Assembly: GCA_047651235.1 (NCBI GenBank)
Contig: CP178758.1
Span: forward strand, 720,001-752,000
Source of the DNA: Candidatus Electrothrix yaqonensis
GTDB lineage: Bacteria > Desulfobacterota > Desulfobulbia > Desulfobulbales > Desulfobulbaceae
DNA length: 32,000 nt
Reading direction: 5' to 3'
The notes below the pieces were generated by a model. That model was not told the origin of the DNA and searched no databases. It saw only the letters and a list, made by a program, of their open reading frames with translations. This document shows positions 20,472-28,881 of the stretch, piece by piece. The position numbers and the translations under genes are program-made. The number at the start of each line of letters is the position of its first letter. The first letter of the stretch is position 1.

Positions 20472-21836
20472 TTACCGGGAGGAAACAGCGTCTGAACTGC
20501 AGCTCCATGCACTGCGGACACTTGCATACAACAGGCTGCCGAGCAGACCAATTCCTGCGGCCCAGAGCATAATACGCAATTTCTGCGGCCTGACCGGCGC
20601 TAGGGGCAGCACCGGCTTTTCAATAACCCGGACATGGCTGGTATATATTGATTTTTTCCGCTCCGCTTCAAACTGTTCAGCAAATTCTCTATACTGCGCT
20701 GTCCGGTTGTCCAGTTCCGAACGCAGCTTATCCAGCACCTTTTCCTGTTCCGCCAGACTCTGCAGCTTGTTTTCCTGCTGCCGGATTGTCCGCTGCAGAG
20801 CATCGTTTTTTTCCTGCTGATGCGTGTACTCGGCCTTGGCAAGAACAATCCGGTCCGCCATTGCCTCCAGTTCTTCTTTCTTTTCCGCAGGCAGTTCTGC
20901 TTCGCCGTAAAGATTCTTTCTCAGAAAGCTGAGCTGCTGCCGGACATCAGCGATCAGCGGGTCGTCTTCTCCATGCCGTTTCACCAGTTCATGCTCATAC
21001 ACCTTCAGGCGGAGAAAATCGGCCATGTCTTCCTGAATTTTTTTTTTGCCTGCTCTTTCCGGAGCAACTGCAACCAGAGCTTCTGCAAACTGCTGCTCCA
21101 GAGCATTCTGCGCAGCTGACTGCTTTTCCATTTTTTTCTGCTCTCCGGCAAGCAGATTTTTCCTCTGCGCATCTTGGACAGCAAGCTCTTCTTTCCGGTT
21201 TCCGACGTGGAACATATGGTTTGTCTGCTGAAACATTGCCAACGCATTTTCCGCCTGCTGCATCTTTCTGAGATAGGCCAGCAGTGCTTCCTCCTGCAGC
21301 GCTATCTCCGGGTTCAGCAGCCTTCTGTATTCTTTTTCAAATAACTGCAGCAGGGTCTCAATGACCTTGACCGCTGTTTCCGGGTGTTCATGCTGAAAGG
21401 TCACTCTGAGGGTACGGGACAACGCAACCGGCTCAACTGTCAGCTGCTGCTGAAAAGCAGCAAGGGACAGGCGAAGCAGTTGTCTTTTATCCCGTGTTTC
21501 CCGGGCAAGGTCAGGAAACAGCCGGGCCGCCTGCAGAGAGGTGATCACCTGTTCGGCCAGGACATTTCCCTGCAGCACCTCAAGTGCGGTCTGAAAGGCT
21601 TTTTCCTCTTGGTCATATTGTTCAGCAGCAGAGGCAGGATTTCCTTCAGGCACTGTGGCTGCATCTTGTTTATCCTGTGTTTTTTCCAGCTGTCCGTTCC
21701 GGACAATAAGGGAGGCACCGGCCTCGAAAACCGGCGTCATGTTCCAAGTAATTATTGCGGCAGCTGATACAATCAGGACAAAGACAACACACATTCCAGG
21801 AAGATACTTCCGAAATTTAAATAAAGAAGCTGACAT
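20472..21836 (-). CDS. Polysaccharide chain-length-determinant (Wzz/GumC/PCP-type) protein without a kinase domain
   Basis: N-terminal TM plus TPVFEAGASLIV (Wzz-type), a long coiled-coil periplasmic region, and a C-terminal PLAPVRPQKLRIMLWAAGIGLLGSLLYA TM. The track ORF extends to 21926; Met31 (21836) is the more plausible start. Confidence 0.65.
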   Translation of the reverse strand: MSASLFKFRKYLPGMCVVFVLIVSAAAIITWNMTPVFEAGASLIVRNGQLEKTQDKQDAATVPEGNPASAAEQYDQEEKAFQTALEVLQGNVLAEQVITSLQAARLFPDLARETRDKRQLLRLSLAAFQQQLTVEPVALSRTLRVTFQHEHPETAVKVIETLLQLFEKEYRRLLNPEIALQEEALLAYLRKMQQAENALAMFQQTNHMFHVGNRKEELAVQDAQRKNLLAGEQKKMEKQSAAQNALEQQFAEALVAVAPERAGKKKIQEDMADFLRLKVYEHELVKRHGEDDPLIADVRQQLSFLRKNLYGEAELPAEKKEELEAMADRIVLAKAEYTHQQEKNDALQRTIRQQENKLQSLAEQEKVLDKLRSELDNRTAQYREFAEQFEAERKKSIYTSHVRVIEKPVLPLAPVRPQKLRIMLWAAGIGLLGSLLYASVRSAWSCSSDAVSSR

Positions 21837-22099
21837 GACTGTAGGAGGTACGTTATTTTTTTCGTAAAAAAGAAACAACCGATTCTGTCTCTCCGGACGG
21901 ACCGGGTCTCGAAACTGAAACAGCATTTTTACAGCAGCAGGACAGTTGATCAGTAATATTCATAATCATTGCTTTATGCAAGCTGTTTCTGCGTATAAGA
22001 AAAAGGTTCCGCAGATGAATTTGCTTGACCTTCTTTTTGTCAACGGGTAGTAATATTTCCCTCCGGCTTCCAGACAAATTTCGCCAATTTTTTTTACCC

Positions 22100-23506
22100 A
22101 TGCCGTCTTCAGCAAAAAGTATTTCCGTAAAATTAGTCCTTAGCGGCGCAGCAGCAGCCGGAGCAATCTATCTGCTGCACTGGGGACCGTCTTCTGTTGT
22201 CCCGACCGGGGCAGCTGCGCTTGCCCTGCTGACCATTGTCTTCTGGGCAACCGCCCTGATTCCTGAGCATCTGACCTCCCTGCTTTTTTTTCTCCTGGCC
22301 ATGGTATTTTCCCTGGCCGGGCCGGAGGTCGTTTTTTCCGGGTTCAGCTCCGGTGCCATCTGGCTGATCTTCGGCGGACTGGTCATCGGCATAGCCATTA
22401 CCTCAACCGGTCTGGGTGCCAGAATCGCCCGCCGCACCGCAGTCTGGCTGCACGGCAGTTATCTGAAGATCATCAGCGGCCTAGTTGCAGCCGGGGTTCT
22501 GTTCAGTTTTCTGATGCCCTCGGCTATGGGCAGAGTGGTTCTGCTGACCCCTATTGCCCTGTCTGTTGCTGAACATCTCGGTTTCCGGGAAGGAAGCAAA
22601 GGTAGAACCGGTATCCTGCTGGCCGTGATTCTCGGTACCTATATCCCGGCCTTCGGCATTCTGCCCGCCAATGTACCCAATATGGTTCTGGTCGGCATGG
22701 CGGAGAGTCAATATAACTTCTCGATTTTTTACGGCACCTATCTGCTGCTCCATTTTCCGTTCCTGAGTCTGGCCAAAGCCGCCCTGATTGTCGGGCTGAT
22801 TCTGTTCTTTTTTCCAGACCAAGCAGTTAAAGCTGAACAACAGCCGCACTGCGCGCACCACAAAAAGCAGGAGCAGGAGCCGTTATCCCGCAACGAAATT
22901 TTTCTCTCTATCGTGCTGGTCATTATGCTCTGCCTGTGGATGACCGATTTTTTGCACCATATTTCCCCTGCCTGGATCGCTCTGGGAGGCGCAGTCATTC
23001 TGCTGCTGCCGGGTGTGGGCCTTGTCGGTAAAAAAGAATTCAACCAGAAAATCAACTGGGCCTCCATTTTTTTTGTTGCCGGGATTCTCGGACTGGGCAG
23101 CATGATTAACCAGACTGGCCTGGGCCGCAATATTGCCGCCGGGATTACCGGGCTGCTTCCCCTAGCCAAGGAGCAGGATTTCCTGAATTATATGTCCGTC
23201 AGTCTGGCCTCTGCCCTGACAGGAACAGCCACCACCCTGCCAGCCGTCCCTGCCGTGCTCACGCCCCTGTCTGATACTCTGGCCCAAAAAACCGGACTGG
23301 AGATTTCCTCTCTGCTCATGATGCAGGTTGCTGGCTTTTCCACAGTCCTGCTTCCCTATCAGGCTCCGCCCATTGTTGTGGGCATGGAACTTGCCGGGGA
23401 GAAACTGTTTAACGCCTCAAAAATCTGTCTTTCTCTTGCCCTGATTACCGTCCTGTTTCTGCTGCCGGTCAATTTTTTTTGGTGGAAACTGCTGGACTGG
23501 CTGTAA
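22100..23506 (+). CDS. Anion permease of the ArsB/NhaD-SLC13 (DASS-like) superfamily
   Basis: About 12-14 TM helices with an internal two-fold layout and a central hydrophilic loop (HCAHHKKQEQEPLS). The general sequence character is that of SLC13/citrate-transporter-like permeases. Start taken as ATG 22100. Confidence 0.55.
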   Translation: MPSSAKSISVKLVLSGAAAAGAIYLLHWGPSSVVPTGAAALALLTIVFWATALIPEHLTSLLFFLLAMVFSLAGPEVVFSGFSSGAIWLIFGGLVIGIAITSTGLGARIARRTAVWLHGSYLKIISGLVAAGVLFSFLMPSAMGRVVLLTPIALSVAEHLGFREGSKGRTGILLAVILGTYIPAFGILPANVPNMVLVGMAESQYNFSIFYGTYLLLHFPFLSLAKAALIVGLILFFFPDQAVKAEQQPHCAHHKKQEQEPLSRNEIFLSIVLVIMLCLWMTDFLHHISPAWIALGGAVILLLPGVGLVGKKEFNQKINWASIFFVAGILGLGSMINQTGLGRNIAAGITGLLPLAKEQDFLNYMSVSLASALTGTATTLPAVPAVLTPLSDTLAQKTGLEISSLLMMQVAGFSTVLLPYQAPPIVVGMELAGEKLFNASKICLSLALITVLFLLPVNFFWWKLLDWL

Positions 23507-23641
23507 TGGATATGATATTTGTTGATTAAGTTTATCCTGCTGTTCCGCATGTGGTCAATCAGGCGGAATTCCGTTCAGGAGCCATGTTGCCGCTGCTGCG
23601 GACACAGGGAATAATATTAAAAAAGGAGTGAAACGAAGAAC

Positions 23642-24226
23642 ATGCAACGAAGAACAACCTTAACAATAACCGCTCTTCTCGCAGCTTTGCTGCTGCTGAC
23701 CCTCAGTTCACCGGGGTACAGCTGTGTAGGCCGAATTCTCAATCTTACCGTGAATGATTCTCCGGAACAGCAGCTTGTCGCGCAGATTCTGAAAACCTAT
23801 ATCGCCGAGCGCACCGGGACAACAGTCGAGATCGTCACCGGTACGGAAACCGACAAGGCGCAATGTCCCACCGACATCTGTATCTTTTATCTCAACACCG
23901 GGGTGTCCGGGATGGGCAGCGACACGCAGAGCAGCGATGATGCAGAGATCTACAGTCTGGTTAAAGAATATTATATAGAAAACAAAAACATAGTCTGGCT
24001 GAAGCCCTTCGGCTACAAGGGACCGGTTCAGCAGGACGATGCCTCTCTGGCCGTGCCGGTTGCCAACCGGGAATCCTTGGTCAAATTTCCGATTCTTGAC
24101 CGGGTCATCAACAAGCTGGGCGATCTGATTGATGATGCTTCCCTGCAGCAACTGCTCCAGCAGACGGAAGGCGGTGATCCTGCAGCGGTTGCCAAGGATT
24201 TCCTGAAAGCAAAGAATCTTATCTGA
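23642..24226 (+). CDS. Secreted protein, possibly a short OpuAC/ProX-like substrate-binding-fold protein
   Basis: It has a signal peptide. RILNLTVNDSPEQQLVAQILKTYIAERTGTTVEIV resembles the first beta-alpha unit of glycine-betaine-type binding proteins. The assignment is weak. Confidence 0.4.
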   Translation: MQRRTTLTITALLAALLLLTLSSPGYSCVGRILNLTVNDSPEQQLVAQILKTYIAERTGTTVEIVTGTETDKAQCPTDICIFYLNTGVSGMGSDTQSSDDAEIYSLVKEYYIENKNIVWLKPFGYKGPVQQDDASLAVPVANRESLVKFPILDRVINKLGDLIDDASLQQLLQQTEGGDPAAVAKDFLKAKNLI

Positions 24227-24260
24227 TCAACAAACGGTACCAAGAACGAAGAGGAAGAAC

Positions 24261-24755
24261 ATGCAGAAATTATTTTTTGCCCTGCTTCTGCTCGCAGTCT
24301 CTGCCGGTTCGGCAGCAGCGCACGGCGGGATTTCCAAACTGCCGGATTCCGTGCAGATCATGCAGTACAAGATGCTGCTCTATATGGATGAGAATGATGC
24401 TGAAACCAGAAATAATCTGGCTATGGCGTATTTTCGGACAAACGAACTGACCGAAGCTGCACAGCAGCTTGAGGCGGTTCTGCAGAACGATGCAAATAAT
24501 TTCGATGCCCTTGACGGCATGGGAATTGTCCTGCTCAGACAAAAAAAAGGCACTGAAGCGCTCAAATATCTGGATCAGGCTTTGGCGATCAATGCCAAGG
24601 ACATTATGCTGCATGTGCACCGTTCTCTGGCCCACCAGCAGCTCAGCCAGCCTGACCTTGCGCAGAAGGCAATGGAAACCGCAAAAGAACTGGCCTCAAC
24701 TCCGGAAGAAACTGCGGCAATTCAGGAAGAAATCAAACTAATCAGTAAGTCGTAG
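24261..24755 (+). CDS. Periplasmic TPR-repeat protein
   Basis: Signal peptide, then about 3 TPR units (NNLAMAYFRTNELTEAAQQLEAVLQNDANNFDAL...ALKYLDQALAINAKD). Confidence 0.7.
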   Translation: MQKLFFALLLLAVSAGSAAAHGGISKLPDSVQIMQYKMLLYMDENDAETRNNLAMAYFRTNELTEAAQQLEAVLQNDANNFDALDGMGIVLLRQKKGTEALKYLDQALAINAKDIMLHVHRSLAHQQLSQPDLAQKAMETAKELASTPEETAAIQEEIKLISKS

Positions 24756-24875
24756 TCCCTGAGTCCATCCCTTCAGACAACCCAACTGTTTTTTCCGACC
24801 AGGACAGCGACTTTTCTTTTTATCAACGATCAGCACCCGGCGGAAATACCTTATTTTCTTTTCAGACAAAACGAT

Positions 24876-25808
24876 ATGAACAAAATTGCCCGATATATTC
24901 TTTGTATTTTTCTTGTGGCCGCTCTGCCAGCGCTCCAGGCATGCAGCAATAACGCAGACAGACCCGCAGCTGCGGGAAAAAACGAAAAACCGCTCAGATT
25001 TGGCTTCATGATCTGCGACAGCCGAACACTGTCCCAAGCACGTTTTGCTCCTTTTACCGCTTATCTTGAGGACAAACTCGACCGCAAGGTGGAGATGGTG
25101 CTCAGAAACACCTTTGAGTTTGAGCAGCTGATTAAAAACAAAGAAGTTGATTTCTTTCACGTCAACCCTGTTGTCGCAATTCTGCTGCAGGAAAAATACA
25201 AGGCTGACCTGCTGGCCGTTGATATCCGCGGCAGAAATGGGTACAAGGCCACCGGCACCATTATCGCCCGTAAGGACAGCGGTATAAAAACCATTGACGA
25301 CATGCGCGGCAAGAGCATGGTCTTCGGGCCAGCTCTGGCACCGTTCGGCTATATGGCTCAATATGCGCTGCTGTTGGAAAACGGCTTTGATCCGGAAACA
25401 GATTTCTCCTCGTATACGATTCCACGCGGGGCTGCCAAGCATGACAAGGTGATTTACGGCGTGGAATACGGCAAATATGATGTCGGGGCCGCCCCCCGCA
25501 TTGATCTGGATCGATTGGTGGATGAAAATATTATTGATCTTGATGAGTACACCATTATTGCCGAAAGCGATCCCATGCCGTACTGTACTGTCGGTGCCCG
25601 GGCAGAAGTGGATACGGCCCTGAAGGAACAGGTCAAAAATATCGCCCTGAATCTGAAACAGGACGAGACCGTACCTGTGGACGGCGAGGTCCTCAATGTA
25701 CTGAAGCGGATGCTCATCGAGGGCTTTGCTCCGGTCGTGGACAGCGAGTACGATGCCATACGGGAAGACCTCAAGCTCTGCAATATGCCGCCGTATAGTA
25801 AATATTAA
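24876..25808 (+). CDS. PhnD-family (phosphate/phosphite/phosphonate-type) ABC substrate-binding lipoprotein, orphan
   Basis: Lipobox ALQAC. LRFGFM...FAPFTAYLEDKLDRKVEMV...FEQLIKNKEVDFFHVNPV...GYKATGTIIARKDSGIKTIDDMRGKSMVFG is typical PhnD-like. There is no cognate permease or ATPase nearby. Confidence 0.7.
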   Translation: MNKIARYILCIFLVAALPALQACSNNADRPAAAGKNEKPLRFGFMICDSRTLSQARFAPFTAYLEDKLDRKVEMVLRNTFEFEQLIKNKEVDFFHVNPVVAILLQEKYKADLLAVDIRGRNGYKATGTIIARKDSGIKTIDDMRGKSMVFGPALAPFGYMAQYALLLENGFDPETDFSSYTIPRGAAKHDKVIYGVEYGKYDVGAAPRIDLDRLVDENIIDLDEYTIIAESDPMPYCTVGARAEVDTALKEQVKNIALNLKQDETVPVDGEVLNVLKRMLIEGFAPVVDSEYDAIREDLKLCNMPPYSKY

Positions 25809-25841
25809 TCTTTCTCAAGCAATAAGGATTAAGGATAAACA

Positions 25842-26819
25842 ATGTCTGTTATGAAGAAAAATATATTTCTGTCCCTGCTCATCAGCATCGGAACAATTCT
25901 TCTGACCCTGCACCCGGCTCTGGCTGAAGAGCTGGTCGTCAGCAAAGGGATTATTGATAAAGACACAATCTGGTCAGGAGATATCCTGATCAAGGGAGAT
26001 GTGGAAATTGCTGAAGGTACAACCCTGATCATCATGCCCGGAACCACGGTCCGTTTTGCCAAGGTCGAGGCGTTCGGACCGGACAAGATGTTTACAGACA
26101 AGGAACAGCATTTTTCCCGCGCTGAACTTTTTATCCGGGGCAAACTGTATGCTCAGGGAACTGAAGAACAGAAGATAACCTTCACCAGTGCGGCAGATGA
26201 ACCGAAACCCGGGGACTGGGGATCGATCAACTTTCAAAGCACGGTGGATAACATTCTTGAATACTGTGTTGTTATGTATGCTCAGACAGGGGTGCATTGT
26301 CATTCGTCGCAACTGGTTATTACCCGCAGCACATTTAAGTACAACGGCACTGCAATCGGACAGAAAAACCTTAAGGACAATCCGATCAAGTGTGCTATCC
26401 CTATGTTGTATAACCAGATAAGCGAAAATGGCGGCGGAATTTTGTTCGGCGGCGGCACATCTCCTACAATCGCTCATAACGAAATAACCGGAAACGAATT
26501 CTTCGGCATCTATATCAAAAAGGGCGGCAAGGCAAATATCCGCTTGAACAACATCACGAAAAACGGCAAAGGGGTTATCTTTTTCCGGGTGAAAGAGGTC
26601 GTGCTCCGGGAAAATAATATTGCCGATAACGAAAACTACAATATTTCCATGCTGGAAGACCAGACCGGAGATATTACAGCCCGTCAGAACTGGTGGGGTT
26701 CGACCGATGAAAAGGCAATCCTGGAGAAAGTCATGGACAAGGCGCGTGACAAAAATCTCGGCACGGTTGATTTCGGTAATTTTCTCTCTGCGCCTGTTGC
26801 CGGAGCAGGGATTCTCTGA
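25842..26819 (+). CDS. Secreted right-handed parallel beta-helix repeat protein (NosD-like / PbH1 repeats)
   Basis: Signal peptide. Reiterated ~23-aa units occur (NQISENGGGILF, HNEITGNEFFGIYI, NNITKNGKGVIF, NNIADNENYNIS), along with the NWWG motif common in NosD-like proteins. Confidence 0.75.
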   Translation: MSVMKKNIFLSLLISIGTILLTLHPALAEELVVSKGIIDKDTIWSGDILIKGDVEIAEGTTLIIMPGTTVRFAKVEAFGPDKMFTDKEQHFSRAELFIRGKLYAQGTEEQKITFTSAADEPKPGDWGSINFQSTVDNILEYCVVMYAQTGVHCHSSQLVITRSTFKYNGTAIGQKNLKDNPIKCAIPMLYNQISENGGGILFGGGTSPTIAHNEITGNEFFGIYIKKGGKANIRLNNITKNGKGVIFFRVKEVVLRENNIADNENYNISMLEDQTGDITARQNWWGSTDEKAILEKVMDKARDKNLGTVDFGNFLSAPVAGAGIL

Positions 26820-26925
26820 AAAACTAAAAATCTCCCTGAAAGACAACAGTGCAACAGCTGTCCGGTCGGAAGCCTGAAGAGGAGAAAGGTTTTCCCGACC
26901 GGATATTTTTTTCTACTGACTGCCA

Positions 26926-27495
26926 ATGATGAACATGCTACACAACCTGACCGGCAACCTGCTGGACACGTTCACCAAAGCCGCTCTGGCTGCATTGGTC
27001 GTGATCACCACGGTCATGCTGGTGCAGCATCGGACTGCGGCGCATTATGAAGAAAACGCCGGTACTGACAGAAAAGAACAGCTGGAGAAAAAGTATCAGC
27101 AGCGGCTTGAACGGGATGAAAAAATATACCGGGAAGTGGAAACCCTGCTGGGACAGAAGCGATACCGTGCAGCGGCAGACAAACTGCAGGAAGTGCAGGA
27201 GGCATATCCTGATAATCCGCGTTCCCTGATCTATCAGGCGCAGCTGCAGTACAATACCGGCAAAATGATGAAAGCCATTGCCTCCTACCGGGAGGCTGTG
27301 GACAAGGAGCCGGATTTTGTGGATCAAAATACGCCCCTTTTTAACGTTGTCGGCAAATTCATTGTGGCGGATGTAAAGGAATCCAAAGAAAAAGTCCTCC
27401 GGGAAATGAAACTGCGTCCGAATGACAAAGAGGTAAAAAAGGCGTTTGATGAAATTCTCTATTTACAGCGAAGAGTGGCCGGAGGGTGTGAATAA
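26926..27495 (+). CDS. Membrane-anchored TPR-like protein
   Basis: N-terminal TM (AALAALVVITTVMLV) followed by a TPR-like helix pair (YRAAADKLQEVQEAYPDNPRSLIYQAQLQYNTGKMMKAIASYREAVDKEPD). Its stop is directly followed by the yedE-like ATG. Confidence 0.6.
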   Translation: MMNMLHNLTGNLLDTFTKAALAALVVITTVMLVQHRTAAHYEENAGTDRKEQLEKKYQQRLERDEKIYREVETLLGQKRYRAAADKLQEVQEAYPDNPRSLIYQAQLQYNTGKMMKAIASYREAVDKEPDFVDQNTPLFNVVGKFIVADVKESKEKVLREMKLRPNDKEVKKAFDEILYLQRRVAGGCE

Positions 27496-28554
27496 ATGAG
27501 CCGTTTTAAATTTCCGGAGCTTGCCATTGTTACAGGGGTGGCCCTCGGTGCGGGTGCCGTCATCCTGACCCTGCTCGGCAATCCTGTCAATTCAGGCATC
27601 TGTATTTCATGTTTTCTGGAAAATCTTGCCGGATCCCTGGCTCTGCAGGACAGCCTGCGTATGAGCTATATTCGGCCGGAACTGCTCGGTTTTCTGCTCG
27701 GTTCTTTTCTGATGGCCAAGCAGAGCCAGCGGTTCCGGGTAACCGGCGGTTCCTCACCGCTGATCCGTTTTCTGCTCGGTTTTTTTATGATTGTGGGCTG
27801 CGGCGTTTTTATCGGCTGCCCGATCAAGATGCTCCTGCGCTTAGGCGCCGGTGACCTGACTGCGGTTGCGGCCCTGCTCGGCCTGCTCCTCGGGATCTGG
27901 CTGGGCGGCAAATATATCCGGGCCGGTTCCGTTTTGGACCGCGCACAAAATATGCCGACCATCAACGGCTATATTCTGCCGGGTATCTCACTGCTCCTGC
28001 TTGTCTTTTTGCTTCTTAAACCGGGTTTTATCCGTCTCGGCCTGACCGGCCCGGCTGCTCAGCATGCGCCGCTCTGGGTTTCCCTGGGCCTTGGGCTGCT
28101 GATCGGGGCGCTGGCCCAGCGGTCCGGCTTCTGCATTACCGGAGGCATCCGGAATTTTTTCCTGTTCCGGGAAAAAACCCTGATGTGGGGGGTGGTCTCC
28201 ACCCTGGTTTCCGCCTGGCTGGTGTCCTTGGTCAGCGGTCAGTTCAATCCCGGCATTCAGGCCCAGCCCGGTGCCCATACCTCGCACAGCTGGACCTTTC
28301 TGGCTATGGTGCTGGTCGGCCTTGCCGCAGTCATTGTGGACGGCTGCCCGTTCAGGCAGGTTGTTAAAGCTGGACAAGGTGATGTTGATGCGGGCCTGAC
28401 CTGTTTCGGGATGCTCACCGGCGCAGCAATGGTCATTACCTGGCAGCTGCGCAGCACCTCGGCAGGCCCTGCCTTTAACGGCAAAATCGCCACCCTACTC
28501 GGTCTGATCTTCTGCTTGACGATCATCCTCAGCTACCGCAGAAAGGCCCGGTAG
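27496..28554 (+). CDS. YedE-family putative selenium/sulfur-compound transporter (TIGR04112-like)
   Basis: LGNPVNSGICISCFLENLAGSL, YIRPELLGFLLGSF, GGSSPLIRFLLGFFMIVGCGVFIGCPIKMLLRLGAGDL, GFCITGGIRNFF and DGCPFRQVVKAGQGDVDA match my recollection of the conserved blocks of this family. Confidence 0.85.
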   Translation: MSRFKFPELAIVTGVALGAGAVILTLLGNPVNSGICISCFLENLAGSLALQDSLRMSYIRPELLGFLLGSFLMAKQSQRFRVTGGSSPLIRFLLGFFMIVGCGVFIGCPIKMLLRLGAGDLTAVAALLGLLLGIWLGGKYIRAGSVLDRAQNMPTINGYILPGISLLLLVFLLLKPGFIRLGLTGPAAQHAPLWVSLGLGLLIGALAQRSGFCITGGIRNFFLFREKTLMWGVVSTLVSAWLVSLVSGQFNPGIQAQPGAHTSHSWTFLAMVLVGLAAVIVDGCPFRQVVKAGQGDVDAGLTCFGMLTGAAMVITWQLRSTSAGPAFNGKIATLLGLIFCLTIILSYRRKAR

Positions 28555-28735
28555 TGAGTCAGGTCCATTGACCATCGTTTTTTGTTCGCTATATCAGACG
28601 CTTTTCCGTCTCAGTACTCATAAATTTGGGAGAGGGAATGATGTCTACCCGCGTCAGGTCCAAGCGGTCCGCATCCCAACAGGTTCCGATGGTCACGTTC
28701 TGATGCGTGAAACTATCCGCGACTCAGACAGAAAA

Positions 28736-28843
28736 TATAGCTGGAGCAGTATAAACTGAATACAGGATCAGCTGTCTGAAAGGCGTGAAGGCAAAACTTA
28801 TGCCTCTTGTAGGCATATTCAAATTATGTTGCTCCAGCTATAC
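28736..28843. mobile_element. 108-bp MITE-like element, copy 2
   Basis: 106/108 identical to 11928-12035 and in the same orientation. It lies between convergent genes (yedE-like end at 28554; acidic zinc-ribbon gene end at 28882). Confidence 0.8.
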
Positions 28844-28881
28844 CAGTCCAGAAAGAGTGGTGAGCATAAGGGGCCGTCAAA

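Noticed and set aside
25974-26846. 290-aa minus-strand ORF opposite the beta-helix gene; likewise 30082-30843, 1813-2604, 10646-11296, 15306-15971, 24738-25442 and 14459-15019 (all minus strand)
   Set aside because: Each is antisense to a + strand gene with strong family motifs (PbH1 repeats, VWA/SBP, SpeE-like, CDP-alcohol transferase/CdsA, ZnuB, PhnD-like, ZnuA/ZnuC). Their products are low-complexity and lack signals.
28568-28759. 63-aa ORF ending ...SWSSIN* like cdsA
   Set aside because: Its C-terminus is simply the MITE-encoded reading frame. The rest has no RBS or recognisable features and lies in debris-like intergenic DNA.
11928-28843. Composite transposon formed by the two MITE copies
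   Set aside because: The copies are only 108 bp and encode no transposase. The only transposase-like sequence inside is a decayed fragment, and the cargo is heterogeneous. Bracketing is reported as an observation, but active composite transposition is unsupported.
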